Translations under genes and position numbers: made by a program
Notes under the pieces: model-generated
The model's database searches: none
What the model was told of the DNA's origin: nothing
Seen by the model: the letters and a program-made list of their open reading frames with translations, nothing else
Part shown: one piece after another, positions 10,938-19,957 of the stretch
How positions within the stretch are numbered: position 1 is the stretch's first letter
Layout: every line of letters begins with the position of its first letter
Origin: an uncultured Flavonifractor sp.
GTDB lineage: Bacteria > Bacillota > Clostridia > Oscillospirales > Oscillospiraceae
Direction of reading: 5' to 3'
NCBI GenBank assembly: GCA_944385575.1
Contig: CALWXT010000002.1
Location: 15,476 to 79,475, forward strand
DNA: 64,000 nt

Positions 10938-12479
10938 ATGTCCCATCAGACCGTGATCGTCCTGGACTTCGGCGGCCAGTACAACCAGCTTATTGCCCGC
11001 CGTGTGCGGGAGTGCGGCGTATACTGCGAAGTCAAGCCCTATACCACCCCCCTGGAGCAGCTGAAAGCCATGGAGCCCATCGGCTTCATCTTTACCGGCG
11101 GCCCCAACAGCGTGTATGACGAAAAGGCACCCCACGTGGACCCCGCCATTTTTGAGCTGGGTGTGCCCGTGCTGGGTATCTGCTACGGCTGCCAGCTCAT
11201 GGCCCATACCCTGGGCGGCCAGGTCACTGCCGCTCAGGAGGACACTGCCCGGGAGTACGGCAAGACCGAGACCTATTATGATACTGCCTGCAAGATCTTC
11301 AAGGGCCTGCCGGAGAAGGGAATCTCCTGGATGAGCCACGGAGATTATATGGCCAAGGTGCCCGAGGGCTTTGCTCTCACCGCCCACACCGACGCCTGCC
11401 CCAACGTGGCCATTGCCGACGAGAAGCGGGGCTTCTACGGCGTGCAGTATCACCCTGAGGTGAATCACACCGAGCACGGAGTGGATATGATCCGTAACTT
11501 CCTCTATGAGGTGTGCGGCGCCACCGGCGACTGGACCATGGGAGATTATAAGAATACTGCCATCAGGGAGATCCGGGAGAAGGTAGGGGACGGCAAGGTG
11601 CTGCTGGCCCTGTCCGGCGGCGTGGACTCCTCCGTGGCCGCCGCCCTGCTGGCTGAGGCGGTGGGCAAGCAGCTCACCTGTGTGTTTGTGGATCACGGCC
11701 TGATGCGCCTCAACGAGGGCGACGAGGTGGAGGCCGCTTTTGCACGTTGGGACATCAACTTTGTCCGTGTGGACGCTGAGGCCCGGTTTCTGCTGAAGCT
11801 GGCCGGCGAGTCTGAGCCGGAGCGCAAGCGGAAGATCATCGGCGAGGAGTTTATCCGCGTCTTTGAGGAGGAAGCCAAGAAGATCGGTCGTGTGGATTAC
11901 CTGGTGCAGGGTACCATTTATCCCGACGTGATCGAGTCGGGCGCCGGCGACGCCGCCGTCATCAAGAGCCACCACAACGTGGGCGGTCTGCCCGACTACG
12001 TGGACTTCAAGGAGATCATCGAGCCGCTGCGTCTGCTGTTCAAGGACGAGGTGCGTCAGCTGGGCCGTGAGCTGGGCCTGCCCGAGTACCTGGTCATGCG
12101 TCAGCCCTTCCCAGGCCCCGGCCTGGCCATCCGCGTCATCGGCGACCTGACCAAGGAAAAGCTGGACACCCTGCGGGAGGCCGATGCCATCTACCGGGAG
12201 GAGATCGCCGCCGCCGGTGAGGACAAGAATATCAACCAGTATTTCGCTGTGCTCACCAATACCCGCTCTGTGGGCGTCATGGGTGATGGCCGGACCTACG
12301 ACTATACCCTGGCCCTCCGGGCGGTGACCACCAGCGACTTTATGACCGCCGACTGGGCCCGCATCCCCTATGACGTGCTGGACCGCATTTCTACCCGCAT
12401 CGTCAATGAGGTCAAGGGAATCAACCGCATTGTTTACGATATTACGTCCAAGCCCCCGGCAACTATCGAGTGGGAGTAA
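10938..12479 (+). CDS. guaA: GMP synthase (glutamine-hydrolysing)
   Basis: LDFGGQY, GICYG, QYHPE, SGGVDS, C-terminal KPPATIEWE. Confidence 0.98.
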   Translation: MSHQTVIVLDFGGQYNQLIARRVRECGVYCEVKPYTTPLEQLKAMEPIGFIFTGGPNSVYDEKAPHVDPAIFELGVPVLGICYGCQLMAHTLGGQVTAAQEDTAREYGKTETYYDTACKIFKGLPEKGISWMSHGDYMAKVPEGFALTAHTDACPNVAIADEKRGFYGVQYHPEVNHTEHGVDMIRNFLYEVCGATGDWTMGDYKNTAIREIREKVGDGKVLLALSGGVDSSVAAALLAEAVGKQLTCVFVDHGLMRLNEGDEVEAAFARWDINFVRVDAEARFLLKLAGESEPERKRKIIGEEFIRVFEEEAKKIGRVDYLVQGTIYPDVIESGAGDAAVIKSHHNVGGLPDYVDFKEIIEPLRLLFKDEVRQLGRELGLPEYLVMRQPFPGPGLAIRVIGDLTKEKLDTLREADAIYREEIAAAGEDKNINQYFAVLTNTRSVGVMGDGRTYDYTLALRAVTTSDFMTADWARIPYDVLDRISTRIVNEVKGINRIVYDITSKPPATIEWE

Positions 12480-12524
12480 CGACATAGGAATCCCCCAACA
12501 CATCATATAGACAAATAAACAACG

Positions 12525-12574
12525 AAGCCCCTACCGCAAGCACAATATATAGTGCAAGCGGTGGGGGCTTTTTT
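12525..12574. terminator. Long hairpin terminator between guaA and int
   Basis: AAGCCCCTACCGC-aa-GCAC..GTGC-aa-GCGGTGGGGGCTTTTTT. Confidence 0.7.
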
Positions 12575-12600
12575 GGTACGCCGTACCATAATCGTACCGT

Positions 12601-13755
12601 TTACTTTTTTCCGGCCTCTTTTTCGGCCTTTTCCAGCCTTCCGGCAACGGCTCCTAGGTCATCTGCCGTGGCGCCTATGCCTCCGGCCCTCCGATCCAGA
12701 TCGACGGCCAGCGTGTCCATTTTATCCGGGTACATATGGGAGTAAGTGGACATGGCTACCTCCACCGTATCGCCCAGGCGTTCAGCGACGGCGACGATGG
12801 AGTACCCCAGATCCACCAGCAGCGCGGCATGGCTATGCCGGAGGTCATGTATCCTGATCTGTTGCACACCGGCGGCCGCTGCGGCCCTGTTCAGTTCCCG
12901 GTTCAGCGTCCCATGGGTGAAGTAAAAAATCCGGTCGGAGGGCTGGATTTCATATAGGGCCCCGATATAGTTTTCCACTTCCTCATAGAGGAAGGCGGGC
13001 ATGGAGACATCGCGGACGCTGTTATCGCTCTTCGGGGGGCCTGCCTCGTCCTCCCCGTTTTTGCGGTGGTGCGTCTTGTCTATCCGGCAGATATGGGAGG
13101 GAAGTATATCGGCTGGCGTGAGGGCCAGGCACTCCCCCACCCGCAGCCCGAGCCAGTACAGGAGCATGAAGGCCACCCGGAAGGCTGGCTTCTCTACCTG
13201 GGCAAGCGCCGCCTCAAATTCTGCCGTCGTCCAGAACTTCATGCGGCCCGCCTTCTTCTTCCCCATGAATCCGGCCGGCCGGCACGGGTTTTGCCGCAGT
13301 CCATAGTACATCACCGCATAGTTGAAGATGGAAGAAAGCCGGCTGTTGATCGTCCGAAGGTAGGTTGCTGCATACTTTTTCCCTGTGCGGGGATTCGTTT
13401 TGGACATCAGCTCATTTTGCCATTTGCGGATCGTCACGGCGTCTATTTTGTCGACCTGGAGGGAGCCGAAGAACGGAAGCAGCCACTTTTCAATGATGCT
13501 GTCCTGCGTTCCCCGGGTCGTGCCCCTGACGCGGTGCTCTGCGTCCTCTTGGTAGAGTTCCACCAGGGAGGCGAAGAACATATCACAGCTCCGGCTATTC
13601 TTCAGAAGGAATTCTCTCTCGAAGGCCAGCGCGGAACTCCGGGTGTCGAACCCCTCCCGCTTCTTTTTCTTCCGCTTCCCTGTCCAATCCTCATACCAAA
13701 AAGCAGCCATCCATTTGACCGCGCCGCTCTTGGTCTTGTATTTGTAGGCAGGCAC
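12601..13755 (-). CDS. int: Tyrosine integrase
   Basis: Arm-binding N-terminus (KKREGF); GLRVGE, K, IHDLRHSHA, RLGD and catalytic Y (TYSH). Confidence 0.95.
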   Translation of the reverse strand: MPAYKYKTKSGAVKWMAAFWYEDWTGKRKKKKREGFDTRSSALAFEREFLLKNSRSCDMFFASLVELYQEDAEHRVRGTTRGTQDSIIEKWLLPFFGSLQVDKIDAVTIRKWQNELMSKTNPRTGKKYAATYLRTINSRLSSIFNYAVMYYGLRQNPCRPAGFMGKKKAGRMKFWTTAEFEAALAQVEKPAFRVAFMLLYWLGLRVGECLALTPADILPSHICRIDKTHHRKNGEDEAGPPKSDNSVRDVSMPAFLYEEVENYIGALYEIQPSDRIFYFTHGTLNRELNRAAAAAGVQQIRIHDLRHSHAALLVDLGYSIVAVAERLGDTVEVAMSTYSHMYPDKMDTLAVDLDRRAGGIGATADDLGAVAGRLEKAEKEAGKK

Positions 13756-13807
13756 CGAAAACTCACCTCACGCCAAAGGCCCCAGCCCGCCGGCCAGGGC
13801 CTCGATT

Positions 13808-14296
13808 TTATTCTTCCTTGGAGCTATTGCCTCCGGCCGCCTCCAGGGCGGCCTTCAACTGATCCGCGGGGAGAGGGCCGCTCTGGCCTTCCCTATGTTC
13901 ATCGTACACTTTGAGCAGGTCTAAAAAGGTCAGCGCCTGCTTCCGTGATTTCTTGGTGAGCGCGAAGTATTCCTTCACCAAAGCCAGCGCCTCGGGATTG
14001 GAGGCGCAGTCCAGAAGGGCCTTCCGGTCTTCCTCGCCCAGGTTTCCGGCGCAACTCAACAGCGCCGCGATGTGCGGGGCGGAATATGTGGTGCCCCGCT
14101 TACGCTCGTCAGACAGGCCCAGGATATAGTCCGTGGAAACATCGAAGATGATGGACAGCATACGGAGCTTATCTTCCGTCAAGCGTATATCCTCGCTTTC
14201 GTATTTTGTCACGGTGGCGTCCCCAACGCCGAGCCGGGCCGCCAGCTCGCGCTGGGACATTTTGTGCTCTTTCCGCAGAGCAGCAATACGGTTCAT
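13808..14296 (-). CDS. CI-like XRE repressor
   Basis: HTH MSQRELAARLGVGDATVTKYE...FDVSTDYILG; GAGG RBS before ATG 14296; divergent from cro. Confidence 0.85.
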   Translation of the reverse strand: MNRIAALRKEHKMSQRELAARLGVGDATVTKYESEDIRLTEDKLRMLSIIFDVSTDYILGLSDERKRGTTYSAPHIAALLSCAGNLGEEDRKALLDCASNPEALALVKEYFALTKKSRKQALTFLDLLKVYDEHREGQSGPLPADQLKAALEAAGGNSSKEE

Positions 14297-14315
14297 AGTA
14301 CAACACCTCACAGTC

Positions 14316-14443
14316 ATTTTACTATTTCCTCTCGGGAAACACAAGTATTATTTTTCCCGTGAGGAAAATTTTATAAACCCTCTTGACTTTCCTAAAAGGA
14401 AACATTAAAATGGTGACCGTAAATGAAACTTCCTCAAAAGAAG
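14316..14443. promoter_or_regulatory. Genetic switch: divergent promoters and TTTCC-N5-GGAAA operators
   Basis: Palindromes at 14325-14339, 14353-14367, 14388-14402 and a degenerate copy at 14429-14443; rightward TTGACT(14383)-17-TAAAAT; leftward TTGTGT-17-TAAAAT. Confidence 0.85.
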
Positions 14444-14453
14444 TGAAAGAGAG

Positions 14454-14666
14454 GTGAGCAACTTGACGAACAGGCTTCAGGAGCTTCGGATGAAGCACGG
14501 AGAGACCCAGCGCAAGATGGCCGATATTATGGGCATCAAGACCACCGGGGCCTACTGCAAAAAGGAGCTCGGCTATATTCCTGTTAGCCTCGAAGAAGCC
14601 TACGCAGCGGCCACCCACTGGGGTGTGACTATCGAGGAGATTTTTTTTGCAGATAAAGTTTCCTGA
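14454..14666 (+). CDS. Cro-like XRE HTH protein
   Basis: 70 aa, LQELRMKHGETQRKMADIMG..YCKKELG..TIEEIFF. Confidence 0.85.
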   Translation: MSNLTNRLQELRMKHGETQRKMADIMGIKTTGAYCKKELGYIPVSLEEAYAAATHWGVTIEEIFFADKVS

Positions 14667-14723
14667 AAATCAGTAAATCAAACCTCTTTGAAAAAATTTT
14701 ATCACAAGGAAGGAGTGAGATAT

Positions 14724-15203
14724 ATGCCCAAAAGCGCCACGAAAGCTGTCGGAAATGCGTTTTACGAAGCACGGATCGAGGCAGCAAAGTGCAACGACCG
14801 GCTGGCCAGCCGTGAGGGGGCCGCCGAGGAGTTGGGCATTGACCGCACACGGCTGGCACGGATTGAGCTTGGGAGCTTAATTCCTTACCCAGAGGAAGTG
14901 CTTCTGATGGCGGAGGCGTATGGGGCCCCACAGCTCACGAACCATTACTGCTCTTCGTGCTGCCCTCTCGGGAAGGAGACCATCCCGCCGTGTGAGCTCC
15001 TCCAGATAGACCGCCTAACGGTTAAGGTACTCAGCGCCGTCCGCAACGCCGCCTTTATTCAGGAGGGAATCCTCGATGTGGCCGAGGACGGAAAGGTCAC
15101 CCGGGAAGAGATTCCGAAGTTGGAGCAGGTCAGCGATGACCTGGAGGAGCTGGAGAAGGCGTCTATGGCCCTTCGGCTTTGGATCAACAAGTACATCAAA
15201 TAG
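14724..15203 (+). CDS. Phage HTH regulator (CII-like position)
   Basis: SREGAAEELGIDRTRLARIELG HTH plus helical C-terminus with DGKVT; AGGAG RBS. Confidence 0.7.
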   Translation: MPKSATKAVGNAFYEARIEAAKCNDRLASREGAAEELGIDRTRLARIELGSLIPYPEEVLLMAEAYGAPQLTNHYCSSCCPLGKETIPPCELLQIDRLTVKVLSAVRNAAFIQEGILDVAEDGKVTREEIPKLEQVSDDLEELEKASMALRLWINKYIK

Positions 15204-15212
15204 GAGGCCCGT

Positions 15213-15404
15213 ATGGAAAACGAAAGAAAGGAGCAGCCATCCCGCTTTGTGAAAGTGCATGAGGTAATGGAAATCTGCGATTGCAGTGAGAGCCACGCCT
15301 ATCGGATTATGAAGCAGCTCAACGACGAGCTGAAGAAGCGCGGCTTCATAACCACCGCCGGCCGGGTGCCGCGGAGCTACCTCATGGAGCGGATGCACAT
15401 ATAG
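15213..15404 (+). CDS. xis: Excisionase-like winged HTH
   Basis: 63 aa, EVMEICDCSESHAYRIMKQLN..GRVPRSY typical of Firmicutes Xis. Confidence 0.7.
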   Translation: MENERKEQPSRFVKVHEVMEICDCSESHAYRIMKQLNDELKKRGFITTAGRVPRSYLMERMHI

Positions 15405-15407
15405 CAG

Positions 15408-16064
15408 ATGCGATATTACGCAAAGACCGTTCTCGGCATTTTTGCCCTGGTTTGCCTGGCATTCCTCGCCGGCACTTTGAATGAGACGGCAGCCAAAACA
15501 GCCGCCCATCCCCCGGAGGTTGAGACCGTCCAGGTTGAAGAGCCAGACTTTCCTCCAGCCCAGACACTTCTTTATGAAGAGCCAGAGCCCACCGTGGAGC
15601 CGGAGCCGTCCATTCCCATCTATGACATTCCCCTATCACCGGAGCTTCAGGAGTACACCTACAACCGCTGCGAGGCCCTGGGCCTGGTGGCCCCCGGGGT
15701 GGATTACCAGACCGTCCTCGCCCTGATGTCCAAGGAGAGCGGCTACACCGCCGACGCGGTGAGCGGCACCGGGGACTACGGGATTATGCAGATTAACACC
15801 GTCAACCATGAATGGCTCCGGGAGGAGTTGGGGATCACCGACTTCCTGGACGCAGAGCAGAGCATCGACGCCGGCACGGAAATGCTGGCCCGCCTTTCAG
15901 AGAAATACAGCGACCCCCACAAGGTGCTAATGGCTTACAACATGGGTGAGGGCGGAGCCTCGAAGCTCTGGGCCCAGGGCATCACCAGCAGCGAGTACAG
16001 CCGGGACATTATGGCCCGGCGGGCCGAGATCATCGAAGGGGTGGTGGTATGCGGCAGCGATTGA
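15408..16064 (+). CDS. Membrane-anchored SLT lytic transglycosylase
   Basis: N-terminal TM, PE-rich linker, KES (catalytic E), GIMQI, AYNMG. Confidence 0.85.
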   Translation: MRYYAKTVLGIFALVCLAFLAGTLNETAAKTAAHPPEVETVQVEEPDFPPAQTLLYEEPEPTVEPEPSIPIYDIPLSPELQEYTYNRCEALGLVAPGVDYQTVLALMSKESGYTADAVSGTGDYGIMQINTVNHEWLREELGITDFLDAEQSIDAGTEMLARLSEKYSDPHKVLMAYNMGEGGASKLWAQGITSSEYSRDIMARRAEIIEGVVVCGSD

Positions 16065-16393
16065 GCCCCCTGTCCCCGGCCGAGCAAAAGGTGGCCGCCC
16101 GGCAGTGCCAGTTGATAGACCATTTCATCGCGGCCCAGCGGTTGCCCAAAGAAGAGTATTACGATGTAGCGGCGTTTGGCTTCTTGCTTGCGGTGAAGAA
16201 ATGGTTCAGCCGGCCAGACCTTTATCAGTATGAGTTCAGCACCATCGCCTGGGCTTCCATGCGGTCGGCAGTTGGGAATGAAAGGAGGAAGGAGCAGCGG
16301 CGCATTCAGACCGTAAGCTTGGAAGACCCCATTCCTGGGGCTGTCTCCCTAAAGTGGGGGGACATTATCACAGAAGAAAACCTGGTTTCTTGA
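16049..16393 (+). CDS. Truncated sigma-factor region-2-like protein
   Basis: YYDVAAFGFLLAVKKW..FSTIAWASMRS..VSLE pattern. Confidence 0.55.
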   Translation: MRQRLSPLSPAEQKVAARQCQLIDHFIAAQRLPKEEYYDVAAFGFLLAVKKWFSRPDLYQYEFSTIAWASMRSAVGNERRKEQRRIQTVSLEDPIPGAVSLKWGDIITEENLVS

Positions 16394-16408
16394 TGAAGGA
16401 GGTAAACA

Positions 16409-16699
16409 GTGAAAATCACCTACAATGTGGAGCACCTTCCCGAGCGGAAGCGTGGCTGGCGCGAGAGCGAGGAAGTCCTTGCTATTAAGGCGTTCCTCGC
16501 TGACAGGGAACAGAAAAATATGCTCATTGAGTATGACGACGCCAAAGATGCCAAGCGGCGGTACGACAGCCTTCGCAAATTCCGAAACAGCAATAAGCTC
16601 CAGATGGTATTCGACCTTTACCGAGCTGATACGGCCATCTGCATCATCAAAATCAATCGGCCCGCCGGCTTCAGAAAACCGACCAGCAAGGGGGAATGA
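16409..16699 (+). CDS. Hypothetical phage protein
   Basis: AGGAGG RBS, GTG start, co-oriented early operon. Confidence 0.7.
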   Translation: MKITYNVEHLPERKRGWRESEEVLAIKAFLADREQKNMLIEYDDAKDAKRRYDSLRKFRNSNKLQMVFDLYRADTAICIIKINRPAGFRKPTSKGE

Positions 16700-16702
16700 G
16701 CT

Positions 16703-16831
16703 ATGGCATTCTACAATGTGTGCCCTTTCTGCGGTGCCCATCTCGACCCTGGGGAGCGGTGCGACTGCAAGGAGCAGCAGAATGAGCGGCAGCAGGCCGC
16801 AGAGAAAGAGAAGGAGGCCAAAACGGCATGA
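16703..16831 (+). CDS. Small Zn-finger phage protein (42 aa)
   Basis: MAFYNVCPFCGAHLDPGERCDC; ATGA overlap with next gene. Confidence 0.65.
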   Translation: MAFYNVCPFCGAHLDPGERCDCKEQQNERQQAAEKEKEAKTA

Positions 16832-17190
16832 CGAACATTATCAAGGTCAAGTTTTTCCGCGGCAGCATTCCCGCCGGCAAGGAGTACACCTACCTGACGC
16901 CGGAACCCGTCGATGTCGGCGATGTGGTAGACATCGAGACCAAGATGGGAAAAACCCGCGCTATGGTCTGCCAGGTTGATGTCCCGGAGGTCGAGATCGC
17001 CCCGTTCCGGGCCCGGGCAAAAAGCATCATCGGCCGCGCACAGTGCCAGTGTGAGCGGTGCGAGGAGTTTACCCCCATCGGCGAGGGCGACCACATCTGC
17101 GGTGCCGATCCGCACCGTATGCCGGTCTCCGACTATATGCCGACCGAGGATTACTTCTGGTGCAAAGGCACCCACTTCGTGGAGGGATAA
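16828..17190 (+). CDS. Hypothetical phage protein with Cys-rich C-terminus
   Basis: GGAGG RBS; GKEYTY..VGDVV..; CERC..C..C. Confidence 0.7.
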   Translation: MTNIIKVKFFRGSIPAGKEYTYLTPEPVDVGDVVDIETKMGKTRAMVCQVDVPEVEIAPFRARAKSIIGRAQCQCERCEEFTPIGEGDHICGADPHRMPVSDYMPTEDYFWCKGTHFVEG

Positions 17191-17193
17191 AGC

Positions 17194-17475
17194 ATGAAGA
17201 GAAAACTGTACCTTGGGCGCAGCGCCATCCTTGGGCTCCGCCTCGGCGCCTTCCTGCTGGGTATCATGGCGGCCTTGGCCCTGGCCCACATCGGCTTCCA
17301 GACCTACCAGGCCAGAACCGGCCTCCCCGGCGGAGAGCTTACCATCATCCCCGCCTTTGCCCTCTTCTTCTGTGTCGGCTGGACGGCCAGAGAAGGCAGC
17401 CTGCGGCGGAAGGCAGACCACCAGAAGGGGGGAAAGCATTGTGCAACTGGCACCAGCGGCCGCAGCCAGAGATAA
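17194..17475 (+). CDS. Small membrane protein
   Basis: Two TM segments, GGEL motif, GGAGG RBS. Confidence 0.6.
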   Translation: MKRKLYLGRSAILGLRLGAFLLGIMAALALAHIGFQTYQARTGLPGGELTIIPAFALFFCVGWTAREGSLRRKADHQKGGKHCATGTSGRSQR

Positions 17476-17773
17476 GGCGGTCTCCTTCCTGGGTGTAGAG
17501 ATACCCGACGACCTGTGGGAGCCGGCCTATCAGGCAGCCATCAGGAAGCTGGAGTACATCGTTAGCCATTACGGCGACCTCGACGGGTTCCGCCTTGGCG
17601 CTTCATACCTCGGGAAACTGGCCCAGGAATACCTTTCAGCCCGTGCGCTATCTACCTTCTGCGCCGAAAAAAGCGCAGAAAAAAAGACCGCCTCCGAAGA
17701 GGACGGCCTTCACGACACCAACAGTATATCAGAGATTACCTCCAAATGTCAACCAAAGGAGTGTGTCAAATGA
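17441..17773 (+). CDS. Hypothetical phage protein
   Basis: GTG after GGGGG; AIRKLEYIVSHYGDLDGFRL; ATGA overlap with ATPase. Confidence 0.6.
   Translation: MQLAPAAAARDKAVSFLGVEIPDDLWEPAYQAAIRKLEYIVSHYGDLDGFRLGASYLGKLAQEYLSARALSTFCAEKSAEKKTASEEDGLHDTNSISEITSKCQPKECVK
17679..17752 (-). ncRNA. Predicted short antisense RNA (promoter plus terminator)
   Basis: Minus-strand TTGACA-18-TATACT with TG extension, then cUUCGg hairpin and U7 tail. Confidence 0.55.
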
Positions 17774-19761
17774 GGATCAATACCCTTCACATTGAAAACT
17801 TCCAGGGCATTCGTGACGCGACATTCGACCTGGGAGGCCACAGCGCCAGCATTTATGGGGACAATGGGACGGGGAAGACCACCGTGTTCAATGCCATCAC
17901 CTGGCTGCTCTTCGACCGGGCCAGCACCGGCGCCAAGAACTTCACCCCCAAGACCAGGGGGCCGGGCGGCGACCTTCACCACTTGGAACACATGGCGGAG
18001 GCGCAGTTCATCATGGATGACGGCCGCCTCGTCCAGCTCCGCAAGGTCTTCCATGAGAACTACAAGAAGAAGCGCGGCGCGGCCACGGCCGAATTTGACG
18101 GCCACAGCATCGACTTCTACATTGACGGCGTTCCCGTCAAGGAGAAGGAGTACACGGCCACCCTTCAGGCGCTCTGCGGCGGCGCCGAGAAAATGAAGAT
18201 GCTTACCATGCCCAACTACTTCCCCGAGGAAATGGCCTGGGACGCCCGCCGGAAGATTCTCCTGGAAGTCTGCGGCGATGTTACCGACGGCGATGTGATT
18301 GCCGGTCACCCGGAGCTGGAAGAGCTGGACACCTATCTGCTCATGCCTGGCACCACGCGCCAGTTCTACTCCGTGGAAGAGTACAGGAAGGTCGCCGCCG
18401 CCCAGAAGACGGCCATCAACAAGCAGCTCCAGGAAATCCCCGGCCGAATCGACGAGGCCCAGAGGGCCATCCCGGAGGTTGACGCCTCCCCCGAGGAGAT
18501 CACCGCGGAGCTGGAGCGCCTGGAGGCCCAGAGCCAGAAGATCACCCAGCGGAAGGCGACCATTCTCGCCGGCAACACCGCCACCGCAGAGGCCCAGAAG
18601 AGAACGGCCGAGGCCGATGCGAAGGTGGCAGAGGCCAGAGCTGCCTATATCACCAACGCATCCACCGTCAACGCCGGCATCAACGCTGCCATCGGCGAGG
18701 TGCAGCGCCAAATCGTGGCCGTCCGCGGCCGGCTTAATGAGGCCAAGGCCGAGGCGGAGCGCCAGGAGGCCCTCGCCGAGCGCATGGCGGCCCGCCGGAA
18801 GGAGCTGCTAGAGGAGTATAGCCGGATTCAGACCGAATATTGGGATGAAGGGGAGGCCACCTGCCCCACCTGCCACCAGGCGCTCCCCGCCGACCAGGTG
18901 GAGGATATGCGCCAGCAGTTCAACATTCGGAAGAGCAACCGCCTCCAGGCCATCAACGAAAAGGGCCAGAAGGAGGCCAGCAAGGACATGATCGCCGCCG
19001 CCCAGCAGGCCGCCGCGACCGAGCAGCAGAAGGCGGAGGCGGCAGAGATGGAGCTGAAGGGGCTGGAGCAGCAGCTATCCGCCCTTCAGGGGAAGCTCGC
19101 CCAGACGCCGCCCTTTGAGACCACCCAGGAATACCACGACTTGACGGAATATGCGGCCAAATGCCGGGCCGAAGAGGCAGAGGCAGGCATGGACACCTCC
19201 GCCGCCCTGGAGGGCGTAAACAACGAGCTGGAGTCCGTACAGGGCCGAGCCCGGGAGCTTCAGCGTAAGCGCAGCTTCTTGGCACAGGCCGAGACCCAGC
19301 GGAAGCGGATCGCCGAGCTGGAGGCCCGGGAAAAAGACCTGTCCTGCCAGTATGAGGAGCTGGAGAAGGGCCTCTATCTGTGCGACCTCTTCATCAAGGC
19401 CAAGGTGGATATGCTGACCGAGCGTATCAACAGCAAGTTCAAGTCCGTCCGCTTCCGACTTTTCCAGGAGCAGGTGAACGGGGGTGTGAAGGACGATTGC
19501 GAAGTCCTGGTTCCCACCGCGGAAGGCGTTCTGGTGCCCTACACCTTCGCCAACAACGCCGCCCGCATCAATGCCGGCCTGGAAATCATCGGTGCCCTCT
19601 CTGCCCATTGGGGGCTGACGATGCCGGTCTTCATCGACAACGCCGAGAGCATTACCCACATCGCCTCTCTGCCGTCCCAGGTTGTGCGCCTGGTGGTATC
19701 AGAGGCAGACAGCCGGCTCCGCTTGGAGGTAGACGCGGCGGAAACCGAGGGGGCCGCATGA
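17770..19761 (+). CDS. SbcC/Rad50-like coiled-coil ATPase
   Basis: Walker A GDNGTGKT, long coiled coil with CPTC Zn hook, Walker B VFIDNAES. Confidence 0.9.
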   Translation: MRINTLHIENFQGIRDATFDLGGHSASIYGDNGTGKTTVFNAITWLLFDRASTGAKNFTPKTRGPGGDLHHLEHMAEAQFIMDDGRLVQLRKVFHENYKKKRGAATAEFDGHSIDFYIDGVPVKEKEYTATLQALCGGAEKMKMLTMPNYFPEEMAWDARRKILLEVCGDVTDGDVIAGHPELEELDTYLLMPGTTRQFYSVEEYRKVAAAQKTAINKQLQEIPGRIDEAQRAIPEVDASPEEITAELERLEAQSQKITQRKATILAGNTATAEAQKRTAEADAKVAEARAAYITNASTVNAGINAAIGEVQRQIVAVRGRLNEAKAEAERQEALAERMAARRKELLEEYSRIQTEYWDEGEATCPTCHQALPADQVEDMRQQFNIRKSNRLQAINEKGQKEASKDMIAAAQQAAATEQQKAEAAEMELKGLEQQLSALQGKLAQTPPFETTQEYHDLTEYAAKCRAEEAEAGMDTSAALEGVNNELESVQGRARELQRKRSFLAQAETQRKRIAELEAREKDLSCQYEELEKGLYLCDLFIKAKVDMLTERINSKFKSVRFRLFQEQVNGGVKDDCEVLVPTAEGVLVPYTFANNAARINAGLEIIGALSAHWGLTMPVFIDNAESITHIASLPSQVVRLVVSEADSRLRLEVDAAETEGAA

Positions 19762-19937
19762 TGAAGGACGAAGTAAAGCGGATCACCGTCGAGTATGCCG
19801 ACGGGCGCACCGAGACCATCCCCCGGACGAATGTTCTCAAATTTGGAAAATACACCGTTGAAATCGGCCTGAAATTTGAAGTAAAGCCGGACACCTTCGC
19901 AATCGTCGCCAAAGGCCACAATATCTATTTATTTTGA
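19758..19937 (+). CDS. Small hypothetical protein
   Basis: ATGA overlap with upstream stop, 59 aa. Confidence 0.5.
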   Translation: MMKDEVKRITVEYADGRTETIPRTNVLKFGKYTVEIGLKFEVKPDTFAIVAKGHNIYLF

Positions 19938-19957
19938 ATATCGAGGAGGAAATCAGC

